Below are positions 40,903 through 50,053 of a stretch of DNA of 64,000 bases, piece after piece. The DNA is from an uncultured Acidobacteriota bacterium (lineage in GTDB: Bacteria; Acidobacteriota; UBA6911; RPQK01; JAPXNP01). The position numbers and the translations under genes were made by a program. Under the pieces are notes generated by a model. It was not told where the DNA came from, ran no database searches, and saw only the letters and a program-made list of their open reading frames with translations. The DNA lies in NCBI GenBank assembly GCA_963777605.1, contig CAVZRV010000008.1:64001-128000 (forward strand). The letters run 5' to 3'. Each line of letters starts with the position of its first letter. The first letter of the stretch is position 1.

Positions 40903-41556
40903 ATGCAGCATAGATCCGCCCTTTCACGCAGCCGCAACCTGTTACCCACCCTTCTCTTTGCGTTCGCCGTCCTGTCGGCTTCACTCTGGTCGGCCCCACC
41001 AACCCAAACGTCGGGCAAAACCCTGGGAAACCTGATGGCGGCATTCAACGGAGAGAGCAACGCCCACGCACGCTACCTGAGCTTCGCCAAGAAAGCCGAC
41101 GAAGAGGGATACGGTGAAGTCGCCAGCCTCTTCCGGGCAGCGGCCCGCGCAGAAGAGATCCACGCTGGCAACCACGCAGCCGTGATTCGAACGATGGGAG
41201 GCGAGCCCAAGGCGGACATCCAGCAACCAGACGTCAAAACGACGGCAGAGAACCTGAAGGCGGCCATCAAGGGTGAATCGTACGAGCGAGACACCATGTA
41301 CCCCGAGTTTATCGGTCAGGCGCGAGCAGAGAGAAATCGCGGGGCGCTGAAGTCGTTCAATTTTGCCATCTCAGCGGAAACCGAGCACGCCAAACTCTAT
41401 TCCGCGGCACTCGACAAGCTGGACACACTCAAGGGTTCCCAGGCGCGCGACTACTACGTCTGCACCGTCTGCGGCTACACCACTCAGAAAGTCGATTTTT
41501 CCAAGTGCCCGTCCTGCTTCAATCCGGCGGACGAAGTTTACGTCAAGGTCAGTTGA
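40903..41556 (+). CDS. Rubrerythrin with N-terminal signal peptide
   Basis: NLMAAFNGES, EEIHA, GESYE..MYP, ETEH, CTVCGY and CPSC motifs; hydrophobic leader LLPTLLFAFAVLSASLWSA. Confidence 0.9.
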   Translation: MQHRSALSRSRNLLPTLLFAFAVLSASLWSAPPTQTSGKTLGNLMAAFNGESNAHARYLSFAKKADEEGYGEVASLFRAAARAEEIHAGNHAAVIRTMGGEPKADIQQPDVKTTAENLKAAIKGESYERDTMYPEFIGQARAERNRGALKSFNFAISAETEHAKLYSAALDKLDTLKGSQARDYYVCTVCGYTTQKVDFSKCPSCFNPADEVYVKVS

Positions 41557-41755
41557 TCCTGGCAAAGCGTCGAACATGCGGCAGCAATCAGGCCGGGAGA
41601 CTTTTACCCCGGGGGGCGGGTCACGCCCCCATCTCCTTCACCACATTGTTATTGCTGCCGCGGTTCATCGGAAAATCCTGGTCACTCGCAAGCGGTTTTG
41701 AGATTCCCGGTGGGCCCTCGACACCACCCGCGACAACCATGAAGGGAGTTCAATC

Positions 41756-42331
41756 ATGATCGAGTTTCCACCAATTCCAACCTGGGACGGTCTGCACCCG
41801 CTGATCGTTCATTTCCCCATCGCGATGCTGCTCGTTGCCCCGATCTTCGTTGTCCTTGGCGCCCTGCTTCCACGGGCCGGTCGGACCTTTTCAATCGCCG
41901 CTCTCCTGCTCATGTTCATGGGAACAACTGCGACCTTCGTGGCCATCGAAACGGGGGAAGCGGCTGGAGAACTGGCCGAACGGACGCCTCAGGTGATGGA
42001 GGTTCTCGAGCACCACGAAGAACTGGCCGAGCAGACGCGCACCGTTTTCGTGGCCCTGACCACCATCTTCCTGGTAATCCTGGTACTGCCCAGGCTCCTT
42101 TCCAAGGAACTTGGCAGGGGAACTGCACTGGCCTTGAACGGAGTCTTCCTGCTCTTCTACTTGGCCGGAGCCGTCGTTCTGATCAACACGGCACACAACG
42201 GTGGAAGGCTGGTCCATGAACTGGGCGTACGGGCATTCGTCGCTGCCCCGACGGGTCAACCCGGGAGCATAGCCAAGGCAGGGATCGCAGAAGCAATCCC
42301 TGATCGAACCAACTCCGACTTTGACGACTGA
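41756..42331 (+). CDS. DUF2231 membrane protein
   Basis: LHPLIVHFPIA, TGEAA..HHE and TAHNGGRLVH motifs; 4 TM segments. Confidence 0.85.
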   Translation: MIEFPPIPTWDGLHPLIVHFPIAMLLVAPIFVVLGALLPRAGRTFSIAALLLMFMGTTATFVAIETGEAAGELAERTPQVMEVLEHHEELAEQTRTVFVALTTIFLVILVLPRLLSKELGRGTALALNGVFLLFYLAGAVVLINTAHNGGRLVHELGVRAFVAAPTGQPGSIAKAGIAEAIPDRTNSDFDD

Positions 42332-42339
42332 ACGGGAGG

Positions 42340-44001
42340 TTACTTGCTGGCCTCCTGCAGCAGCCAGCGGTGAGCCTCCCTGAAGGCGTCCACCTTGGCA
42401 TCGTAATCGGTGAAACTGCGCACCAGTCGGGCACAGATTTCATCAGCCAGTCCGGGATCCCGTTCGCCGACGAGCCGGAGCAGTTCGTAGTCTTCGATTC
42501 CGGATCCCATCGCCTCAAAGCGGACACTCGACCAGGGACCGTCCTTACCCGGATAGACAATGTGGGAGTCACCAGGAGGCAGGTGAAAAGCTTTGTAGGG
42601 TCCGTGCGGCGGACAGGTGTCCTCGAACGGGTCCTGCTCTTCGATGACCTGGTTGAGCCCCCAGTGGAGGAATCCGTCGAGCCGGTAGCGCCAGTTTGCC
42701 CAGTGGAGCAGGCGGGTGCGCAGCAACTCAGTGTCGATGAGTCGGTTGAGGTAAAAGCCGGTGGGATTGCAACAGGTGTAGAACCAGAGGGTGTCACCCC
42801 TGCGGCGGTGCGCCTCGAACCCGTCTCGATGCTCTTCATAGCTCTTGCTGACCGGGACCCAGATGTCGACGGCGCCGTCCAATTCAGGGTCGCCGAGGGC
42901 GTCGATCAGCGGGACTCCGGGGAGGAACTTCCGCACGGTGCCCGCCATGATCCGGTAATCGTCAAAATCTTCCGGGTTGGGCTCGTCAACAACGTGCTGG
43001 ATGGCCAGGTCGTACCATCCGTTGCGACGCAACATCTCCCTCCAGGCCGGGAGGTACTGGGAAAGGAATACGTAGGCTTCGTGGGACGTTCCGGACGTCA
43101 GGACCCCGTCGATGTTGACTACGAATGGGGCCACCCGTTCTTTCCTGCGGTCGTGGCTGGCGATGTGGGGAAGTTCGATATGGGTGAACCCCTCCTCGAG
43201 GAACATGCGGATCATCCGCTCAGTCCGGGAGAAATCGAATTCCCAGGTTCCTTCGCCCGTTTTGGTCCGCTCGGGCCCGACCGGGATAAAGTCGGTCTGG
43301 CGGCCACGCCGCATCAGGGCCGCATATTTCCGCAGCATGGCCCAGTGGGCTTCCGACCAGGGCTCGAGACCATGTAGCCGGGCCATCCTCGCTGTGCTGA
43401 ACCAGTTCGTCACTCTTAAATGTCCCTGGACGGGAACCTGGGCCGCGTACACCGTGACCGTCACCTTGACATCGGCTTCTCCGATCGGTGTGCGCACGCG
43501 CAGCCGCCCCTCGTGCCGTCCCGGTTGGACGTCACGGGGTATGACGAACGACACGTAGAGGGCGTCGGTTTCTCCCCGGGCAGGATCACCACTCTTCATT
43601 GGGCGCAGTGCCTCGAACACCCGGTAGGGAGCCTTTCGGATCACGTAGTCCGGAGTTGGTTGGTCGGGGGGAATGGCGCTGCAGGGAGGACCCGAGTTTT
43701 CCGGGACTCGCACGTCCACCATTTGATAGATTTCCGGAGACAAGTCCCCGTCAATTCGGTACTTGAGAGGGGCGCCCTCCTTCATCCCGCGGAGCAGCAA
43801 CTGGAACCCGGCTCGCCCCCCTCGGGGAGCGTCCAACTCGATCTGTCGAACCGGAGAGTCCGGGATCGGGGTATCCGGGTACAACCACTCATTGGCGGTG
43901 ACAACATGGTACTGAAGATCCTGTGCCAGAACTGCTCCGCCCACGAAACAAGCGACGCAGCCCGCCAGCAACCCCACCGACACCCAACTGAAACTCCTCA
44001 T
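42340..44001 (-). CDS. Secreted DUF4091 / GH123-like protein
   Basis: Signal peptide; VTNWF, HVVDEP, WFYTCC, GFLHWG and PPGDSHIVYP..SSVRFE..EDYELL motifs. Confidence 0.82.
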   Translation of the reverse strand: MRSFSWVSVGLLAGCVACFVGGAVLAQDLQYHVVTANEWLYPDTPIPDSPVRQIELDAPRGGRAGFQLLLRGMKEGAPLKYRIDGDLSPEIYQMVDVRVPENSGPPCSAIPPDQPTPDYVIRKAPYRVFEALRPMKSGDPARGETDALYVSFVIPRDVQPGRHEGRLRVRTPIGEADVKVTVTVYAAQVPVQGHLRVTNWFSTARMARLHGLEPWSEAHWAMLRKYAALMRRGRQTDFIPVGPERTKTGEGTWEFDFSRTERMIRMFLEEGFTHIELPHIASHDRRKERVAPFVVNIDGVLTSGTSHEAYVFLSQYLPAWREMLRRNGWYDLAIQHVVDEPNPEDFDDYRIMAGTVRKFLPGVPLIDALGDPELDGAVDIWVPVSKSYEEHRDGFEAHRRRGDTLWFYTCCNPTGFYLNRLIDTELLRTRLLHWANWRYRLDGFLHWGLNQVIEEQDPFEDTCPPHGPYKAFHLPPGDSHIVYPGKDGPWSSVRFEAMGSGIEDYELLRLVGERDPGLADEICARLVRSFTDYDAKVDAFREAHRWLLQEASK

Positions 44002-44028
44002 CTTCTCCCCCCATTTCCGTCCGACTGG

Positions 44029-44418
44029 TTATCCAGGCCCACCGCGAGGAGGAGGGCCGGCCGATTCGAGCTCAGCCAGCTCTTCCTCGCTGAAAACCCG
44101 GGAACGCACCAGGAAACGCACACCTTCAGGGGCTTCCAGAGAGAAACCTCCTCCCCGACCCTTGACGACATCGATCGTCAGATGGGTGTGTTTCCAGAAC
44201 TCGAACTGGGCGGCACTCATGTAAAAGGGGCAGCCGTCGATCTCTCCCAGGAAGACATCCTGTTGCCCCACCCTGAACTCCCCCTTCGGATAACACATGG
44301 GAGAACTTCCGTCACAACATCCGCCGGACTGATGGAACATCAGGTCCCCGTGAAGGCTGCGGAGCTTGCGAATCAGTTCCAGGGCCTTTTCAGTCGCCGC
44401 CACTCGCAATACCGGCAT
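44029..44418 (-). CDS. DUF779 protein
   Basis: FHQSGGCCDGSSPMCYP and GRGGGFSLEAPEG motifs; coupled to the aldehyde dehydrogenase. Confidence 0.92.
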   Translation of the reverse strand: MPVLRVAATEKALELIRKLRSLHGDLMFHQSGGCCDGSSPMCYPKGEFRVGQQDVFLGEIDGCPFYMSAAQFEFWKHTHLTIDVVKGRGGGFSLEAPEGVRFLVRSRVFSEEELAELESAGPPPRGGPG

Positions 44419-45938
44419 CAGAAGAATCCTAACGCTTTCGGGCTGTAACTCACGAGCAGATTCTTGGTCTGCTGGTAGTGATCCAGCATCATCTTGTGAG
44501 TCTCCCGGCCAATCCCCGACTGCTTGTAACCGCCGAATGCCGCATGGGCCGGGTAAAGGTGATAGCAGTTGGTCCAGACTCTTCCGGCCTTGATTTCGCG
44601 ACCCATCCGGTAGGCGGTGCTCCCGTCGCGGGACCAGACGCCGGCGCCGAGCCCGTACAAGGTCTCGTTGGCGATCTTCAGGGCATCGTTATAATCCTCG
44701 AATGAAGTCACCGAAAGGACGGGACCGAAAATCTCCTCCTGGAAAATCCTCATCCGGTTGTTCCCAACGAAAATTGTGGGGGCCACGTAGTATCCCCCCG
44801 CCAATTCTCCGTCGAGTTGACACTGCTCCCCTCCCAGAACCAGGTCGGCACCTTCCTTCTTGCCAATGTCGATATAAGAGAGAATCTTTTCCAACTGGTC
44901 GGTCGAAGCCTGGGCACCAATCATGGTCGTCGTGTCCAGGGGATTGCCCTGCTTGATGCGCCGCGTCCGCTCGATGGCTCGTTCCATGAACTTGTCGAAA
45001 ATCGACTTTTGGACAAGCGCTCGAGACGGGCAGGTGCAGACTTCCCCCTGATTGAGCGCGAACATCGCAAAGCCCTCCATGGCCTTGTCCGCGAAATCGT
45101 CATCCTGGTCGAGGACGTCGGCAAAGAATACGTTGGGGGACTTGCCACCAAGTTCCAGGGTTACCGGGATGATGTTCTCCGAGGCGTACTGCATGATCAG
45201 GCGCCCCGTGGTCGTCTCACCGGTAAATGCAACCTTGGCGATGCGATTGCTGCTCGCCAGCGGTTTCCCGGCCTCGATTCCGAAACCGTTGACCACGTTC
45301 AGAACCCCGGCCGGAAGAAGGTCGCCGATCAGTTCCATCAAGACGAGAATTGCCACCGGAGTCTGCTCCGCCGGCTTGAGCACGATTGCATTACCTGCGG
45401 CCAGGGCCGGGGCCATCTTCCAGACTGCCATTAAGATAGGGAAATTCCAGGGAATGATCTGTCCGACCACTCCCAACGGTTCGTGGAAGTGGTAAGCCAC
45501 GGTGTCGGCATCGATCTCGGACAGGGATCCTTCCTGCGCCCGGATACAGCCAGCAAAGTAGCGGAAGTGGTCGACAGCGAGAGGGAGGTCGGCGGCCAGG
45601 CTCTCCCGAATCGGTTTCCCATTGTCCCAGGTCTCGACCAGGGCGAGCGTTTCCAGGTTCTGTTCGATCCGGTCGGCAATGGCGTTGAGCACCTGGGCTC
45701 GACTGGCCGGGGGTGTCTTCCCCCACCTGGGTGCCGCCTTGTGGGCGGCATCGAGAGCTAACTCGATGTCTTCTGCCGTCGAACGGGGCACTTCGCAGAA
45801 CGTTTTGCCGTTGACCGGACTGGGGTTCTCAAAATACATCCCCTTGACCGGAGCAACCCATTTGCCACCGATGAAATTCTCGTACCGTGATTTAAGATTA
45901 ATCTTGCTGTCTGGCTGGTTGGGCGCCTTGTAGATCAT
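44418..45938 (-). CDS. aldB: Aldehyde dehydrogenase, AldB/AcoD type
   Basis: [43 protein letters not shown] and [12 protein letters not shown] motifs. Confidence 0.9.
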   Translation of the reverse strand: MIYKAPNQPDSKINLKSRYENFIGGKWVAPVKGMYFENPSPVNGKTFCEVPRSTAEDIELALDAAHKAAPRWGKTPPASRAQVLNAIADRIEQNLETLALVETWDNGKPIRESLAADLPLAVDHFRYFAGCIRAQEGSLSEIDADTVAYHFHEPLGVVGQIIPWNFPILMAVWKMAPALAAGNAIVLKPAEQTPVAILVLMELIGDLLPAGVLNVVNGFGIEAGKPLASSNRIAKVAFTGETTTGRLIMQYASENIIPVTLELGGKSPNVFFADVLDQDDDFADKAMEGFAMFALNQGEVCTCPSRALVQKSIFDKFMERAIERTRRIKQGNPLDTTTMIGAQASTDQLEKILSYIDIGKKEGADLVLGGEQCQLDGELAGGYYVAPTIFVGNNRMRIFQEEIFGPVLSVTSFEDYNDALKIANETLYGLGAGVWSRDGSTAYRMGREIKAGRVWTNCYHLYPAHAAFGGYKQSGIGRETHKMMLDHYQQTKNLLVSYSPKALGFF

Positions 45939-46214
45939 GATCAGGCCTCCGTTTCTCCGGGTCAGTGATTATCAGGCGGAGGAGGACCCGGGCGGGCGAA
46001 TCGGCAGAATCGTTCGTCGAGTTCGCACTCGCAAAGTCAAACCGGAAACACGTCAAACAGCTCAAGACCGGATCCCTTCCGCAAAACAATTTGGGAATAC
46101 GCTTTGCAAAGCAGAATATGTCGTCCAGACGGAGGGCGTCAAGCCGCCACCAAGATGAGGGCGACAGGACACCAGGCCTTTCCTTTGGCTTCCGATCGTG
46201 CTATCTGTTCGCCC

Positions 46215-47462
46215 ATGGACCTTTCCATCCAGCGCCCCCAGTTTCGGCCTCGCATCGGTTTGTTCTCAACCCTGACAGTTGCCCTGACTCTTTCAGCGAT
46301 CCCCAGTCCGTTGAATGCCCAGGCTCAGTCCCCGGATTCTGTGAAGTGGACAATTCGGGCACTGACGGTGGATTCCAACGAGGGTATCGATCTCGCCGAC
46401 ATCAACCGTGACGGCAGGCTCGATGTCGTCGCCGGACGCAACTGGTATGCGGCGCCCGATTTCATCCCCCGGCCGGTGCGGCTGATCGACGACTGGTCGG
46501 GATATGTCCTCAGCAACGGCGACTTTGCCTATGACGTGAACCGCGACGGGTGGGTAGACGTCATCGCAGGGGCTTTCAATCTCCCGGAAGTCCACTGGTA
46601 CGAGAACCCCGGAGCGAAGGATCTCGCGATGGGCAAGCTCTGGCCGAAGCACCTTCTTGCCGATACCGGGGCGACGACGAATGAGGGGCAGTTGCTCTAC
46701 GACATCGACGGTGACGGCACGCCGGAGTGGGTGGTCAACAGCTGGACGCCGGAAACCCCTTTTGTTGCCTGGAGGTTTCGTCGCCAGGCGGACCCAGAAG
46801 ATGGAAAAGGAACCGACTCTTCCTCCCCGGCAGTCATTCTCGAGAAAGCAGTCATCGGCCGGGACCTCAACGGCCACGGCTTGGGCTTTGGTGACCTCAA
46901 CGGTGACGGACGTGCCGATCTTCTCTTCGAGTCGGGCTGGTACGAAGCACCGGCGACCGGTTCACTGTCGGAACCCTGGACGCTTCACCGGGACTGGAAC
47001 TTTCATGCCTCGATCCCGATTCTGGTCCGCGACCTCAACGGAGACGGTCGCAACGATGTCGTCATTGGCCGGGGACACGACTACGGCCTTTATTGGTGGG
47101 AACAGGGTCAACCCCGCTCCGACGGTACCTTGACCTGGACCGAGCATGTCATCGACGACTCCTTTTCCCAGGTCCATGCCCTCCACTTCGCCGACCTGGA
47201 TGGTGACGGGCAGGACGAACTGATCGCCGGAAAGCGGGTACTCGCCCACAATGGTCAGGATCCCGGTTCGGCTGACCCTCCCTGCATCGCCTACTACGCT
47301 TGGGACGCCCGGTTGAAGTCGTTCCAAAAGCACGTCATCGACGAAGGAAGAGTCGGCGGCGGCCTTCAGATTCGGACCGGAGACCTCAACGGAGACGGCC
47401 GCCTCGACATCGCCGTGGCGGGCAAGAGCGGGACGTACATTCTCTTCAACGAGGGGGACTGA
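46215..47462 (+). CDS. Secreted FG-GAP/VCBS repeat protein
   Basis: Repeated D(I/L/V)N(R/G)DGxxD motifs; signal peptide ending LNA-Q; start uncertain. Confidence 0.85.
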   Translation: MDLSIQRPQFRPRIGLFSTLTVALTLSAIPSPLNAQAQSPDSVKWTIRALTVDSNEGIDLADINRDGRLDVVAGRNWYAAPDFIPRPVRLIDDWSGYVLSNGDFAYDVNRDGWVDVIAGAFNLPEVHWYENPGAKDLAMGKLWPKHLLADTGATTNEGQLLYDIDGDGTPEWVVNSWTPETPFVAWRFRRQADPEDGKGTDSSSPAVILEKAVIGRDLNGHGLGFGDLNGDGRADLLFESGWYEAPATGSLSEPWTLHRDWNFHASIPILVRDLNGDGRNDVVIGRGHDYGLYWWEQGQPRSDGTLTWTEHVIDDSFSQVHALHFADLDGDGQDELIAGKRVLAHNGQDPGSADPPCIAYYAWDARLKSFQKHVIDEGRVGGGLQIRTGDLNGDGRLDIAVAGKSGTYILFNEGD

Positions 47463-47504
47463 TTCGAAGTCCGAAGTCCGAAGTTCGAAGTTCGAAGTTC
47501 AAAG
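47463..47504 (+). repeat. Heptamer tandem repeat (TTCGAAG-like x6)
   Basis: TTCGAAG TCCGAAG TCCGAAG TTCGAAG TTCGAAG TTCAAAG directly after a stop codon. Confidence 0.9.
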
Positions 47505-47543
47505 CGGGAAGCGAACGATTGTGCCGATTTCCGGCGTCGGCCC

Positions 47544-48626
47544 TCAAATTTTGAACGTCGAACGGAAGTTTGAGTAAATTTTCCCCGGTTGCATGGCATG
47601 TCCCCAGCTCAGCGTGTTGGCATCGGGGATGTCGGTGCGGGCCCCCGGGATTTTCCCGGCCTGGATCAGCGATCCGAACTGGAAGTAGACGGCATCCATA
47701 TCCGAATGCCAGCCCGGAAAATGGCCGAATCCGCCGTCATCGTTGCGGCAACCCACTACCCATTCCGCGGCCTTGTCCATGGCCGTGCGGCAGGCCGGGG
47801 CGTCACCGCCCAACTGATGAAGAATGAAGAGGGCGTCAAAGCAGGCGTGGACGTCCCAGTCCGGCTCCTTGATATTCCACCCTCCTTCGTTGGTCTGGTC
47901 TGCGAGGGTCCGTGTCACCATGGCATCGGCACGTGGGGTGGGTTCCCCGATCATGCGGAAGAAATGCGCCATGTGAAAGGTCGCTGCGACATGGTCCTGA
48001 AGGTAGCCATCCGCACCTTGCGAAGCAATCATGAAATCTTTGACGGCCTGCTTGTAGCCCGGCGGGAACTCGGTCCCGAGCGCAGCATAGAAGAGCGGAA
48101 AGAAACTGGTGGTATAGAGTGGCAACTGGGCGAACCTGTCGTTCTCGAAAAACGGGTCGAGGACAGCTGTCGGATCATAATCGGGAAGAGCGCCGAGAGC
48201 TCGAAGGGCCACAACCCCCTGCGTGGTGTTGTAAAGAACCGCCAACTCGCTCTCGGGATCGAACTCTCCCGCGAGGTTCCGGAACCGGCCATCCGGCTGT
48301 TGGTGCATCGCCACGAAGGCGATGCTGTTGGCCAGACTCGGCAATTCCCATCCCATCGTCTTGGCCAGGACCGCGGCATAGGTTACGGCGGCCAGGTCGC
48401 TTGCATTGGTATCGGAATTGCCCGGATAGTTGAGGTCGGGAGAGGCTGAATAACCTCCGTCGTCCCGACGGCATTGCTCGATAAACTTCCGGCATGCGTC
48501 GGAAATCGCTTCGAAGTCCACCCCCGGCTCCGGCGAGGCTTCCTGCCGCCTGCCGAAGGCGAGGGCGCCGGCCAGCGGGCCTGCCGAAAGCACTTTCAAC
48601 ACCGTTCGTCGATCCAGTGGCTTCAT
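47544..48626 (-). CDS. Tat-exported prenyltransferase/squalene oxidase repeat protein
   Basis: DRRTVLK twin-Arg motif; repeated QxxDGG(F/Y/W)-type motifs (RDDGGY, QQPDGRF, QTNEGGW, RNDDGGFG). Confidence 0.8.
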   Translation of the reverse strand: MKPLDRRTVLKVLSAGPLAGALAFGRRQEASPEPGVDFEAISDACRKFIEQCRRDDGGYSASPDLNYPGNSDTNASDLAAVTYAAVLAKTMGWELPSLANSIAFVAMHQQPDGRFRNLAGEFDPESELAVLYNTTQGVVALRALGALPDYDPTAVLDPFFENDRFAQLPLYTTSFFPLFYAALGTEFPPGYKQAVKDFMIASQGADGYLQDHVAATFHMAHFFRMIGEPTPRADAMVTRTLADQTNEGGWNIKEPDWDVHACFDALFILHQLGGDAPACRTAMDKAAEWVVGCRNDDGGFGHFPGWHSDMDAVYFQFGSLIQAGKIPGARTDIPDANTLSWGHAMQPGKIYSNFRSTFKI

Positions 48627-48671
48627 GACTCATCTCCTCCTTCTCCGGTCAGAATGACCGTTTCTTTCGAG

Positions 48672-50006
48672 TCAGTCCAGCCCGTGCGGAGACTCCTCTT
48701 GCAGATCTCCCGGAACGCTGGCCGAGCCAGTCGTCAGCGAGCGGTGGGCCAGGTGGCCGATCAACTCCGCATGTTCCATCGCCTCGTGGATGACTCCCGT
48801 CCGTCCGGAACGGATAGATTCAAAAAAGCCGGTCAAGTGAAGCCGGGTCCCATCCGCCTCAACCTTGATCTCCTCGACGGGCGCCTGGTTCGCCTCAACA
48901 CCGGGTGAGATATCCTCCGTTTCCCCTCCGAGCTCTTTCGCGTATGCGGACCGGTAACGGTTCGGCCAGGCCAGGGCCGGTTCCACATACCGGCCGGCGC
49001 GGAACCGTCTAACCGACGCCGGAGAGAACTCGATCCTGCCCTCGGAGCCCTGCAGGGTCACCAGGAACCGGGGAGGGCCTTCCTGCTCGACAGCCGATAG
49101 GTAGATAGCGGGACCCTCGGCGAACTCAACGCGGGAAAAAACACGATCGGGAAGGTCCCAACGCGAGTCCTGCCGCTCGATGCCCCCGAGACTGGTCACT
49201 TTTACCGGCTTTGCGAGGGGGCGAACCGTGTGGATGGCGGCAAGGAGATGCTGAAAATGACGCATAGTGATCCCGGCCGAGTAGTCGGAGTATCCTCCCC
49301 ACGTGAAGAAGCGATGGGCATCGAACTCTCGCTCGGGACCTTCGTTGAGAAACCAGTCCCAGTTGCGCTTCTGAAGCGTTGCGCCGGGCGGGATCGGAGA
49401 AAAACCGCCCCAGTAGCCGCTTGCCTCTCCTTCGATGGAAAGCAGCTCTCCGATTTTGTCGTTGGCCAGCCACTGGGCGGCCGTGCGGGCCGTCGCGCTG
49501 CTCAACTGTTGCGCCCCCCAATACAGTGACGACGTCGGGCGATCAGTGGATTTGGTCTTGATGTTTGCCCATTCCTCCCACCGGTAGGTTCCCGGAGGCT
49601 CGACGTAAACCCGCTTCCCGCGGTGGAGTGCTTCTTCGACGACCTGGGCCGACAGGTGATCAGGAAGAGCCACGATCACTCCGTCGAGGTGCTCGGCCAG
49701 GAGCACTTTGATCCACATCGGAGTGAAGAACGATCGTCTCATCCCGAGTTCGCGCAGGCGATCGAAGTGGGGAGTCCAGAGGTCACCGCAGGAGACCACG
49801 TTGATGCCCGGATCATCTGCGACGAGACGCAGCAACTGAAATCCCCGGTTTCCCATCCCGATGAAGCCGATCCCCAGGGGGGCCTCACTTCCCGACTGGG
49901 AGAACTGTCCGATCAGCGGGGCGGTTATGAAGGGAGCAACGGCCGTATTCTGGAGAAAGCGACGTCGAGTGGGGCGATCGAATTGGGACAGCGGGCGACT
50001 CTTCAC
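48672..50006 (-). CDS. Tat-exported Gfo/Idh/MocA-like protein (divergent)
   Basis: TRRRFL motif, GFIGMGNRG and ALPDHL, but EPP replaces EKP. Confidence 0.78.
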   Translation of the reverse strand: MKSRPLSQFDRPTRRRFLQNTAVAPFITAPLIGQFSQSGSEAPLGIGFIGMGNRGFQLLRLVADDPGINVVSCGDLWTPHFDRLRELGMRRSFFTPMWIKVLLAEHLDGVIVALPDHLSAQVVEEALHRGKRVYVEPPGTYRWEEWANIKTKSTDRPTSSLYWGAQQLSSATARTAAQWLANDKIGELLSIEGEASGYWGGFSPIPPGATLQKRNWDWFLNEGPEREFDAHRFFTWGGYSDYSAGITMRHFQHLLAAIHTVRPLAKPVKVTSLGGIERQDSRWDLPDRVFSRVEFAEGPAIYLSAVEQEGPPRFLVTLQGSEGRIEFSPASVRRFRAGRYVEPALAWPNRYRSAYAKELGGETEDISPGVEANQAPVEEIKVEADGTRLHLTGFFESIRSGRTGVIHEAMEHAELIGHLAHRSLTTGSASVPGDLQEESPHGLD

Positions 50007-50053
50007 GGGAAGAATATAGCCGCAGGAACCCGCACTGGCAACCAGGGTGCTTC

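Noticed and set aside
47463-47504. Possible CRISPR array
   Set aside because: The units are 7-bp tandem repeats with no spacers, and there are no cas genes in the window.
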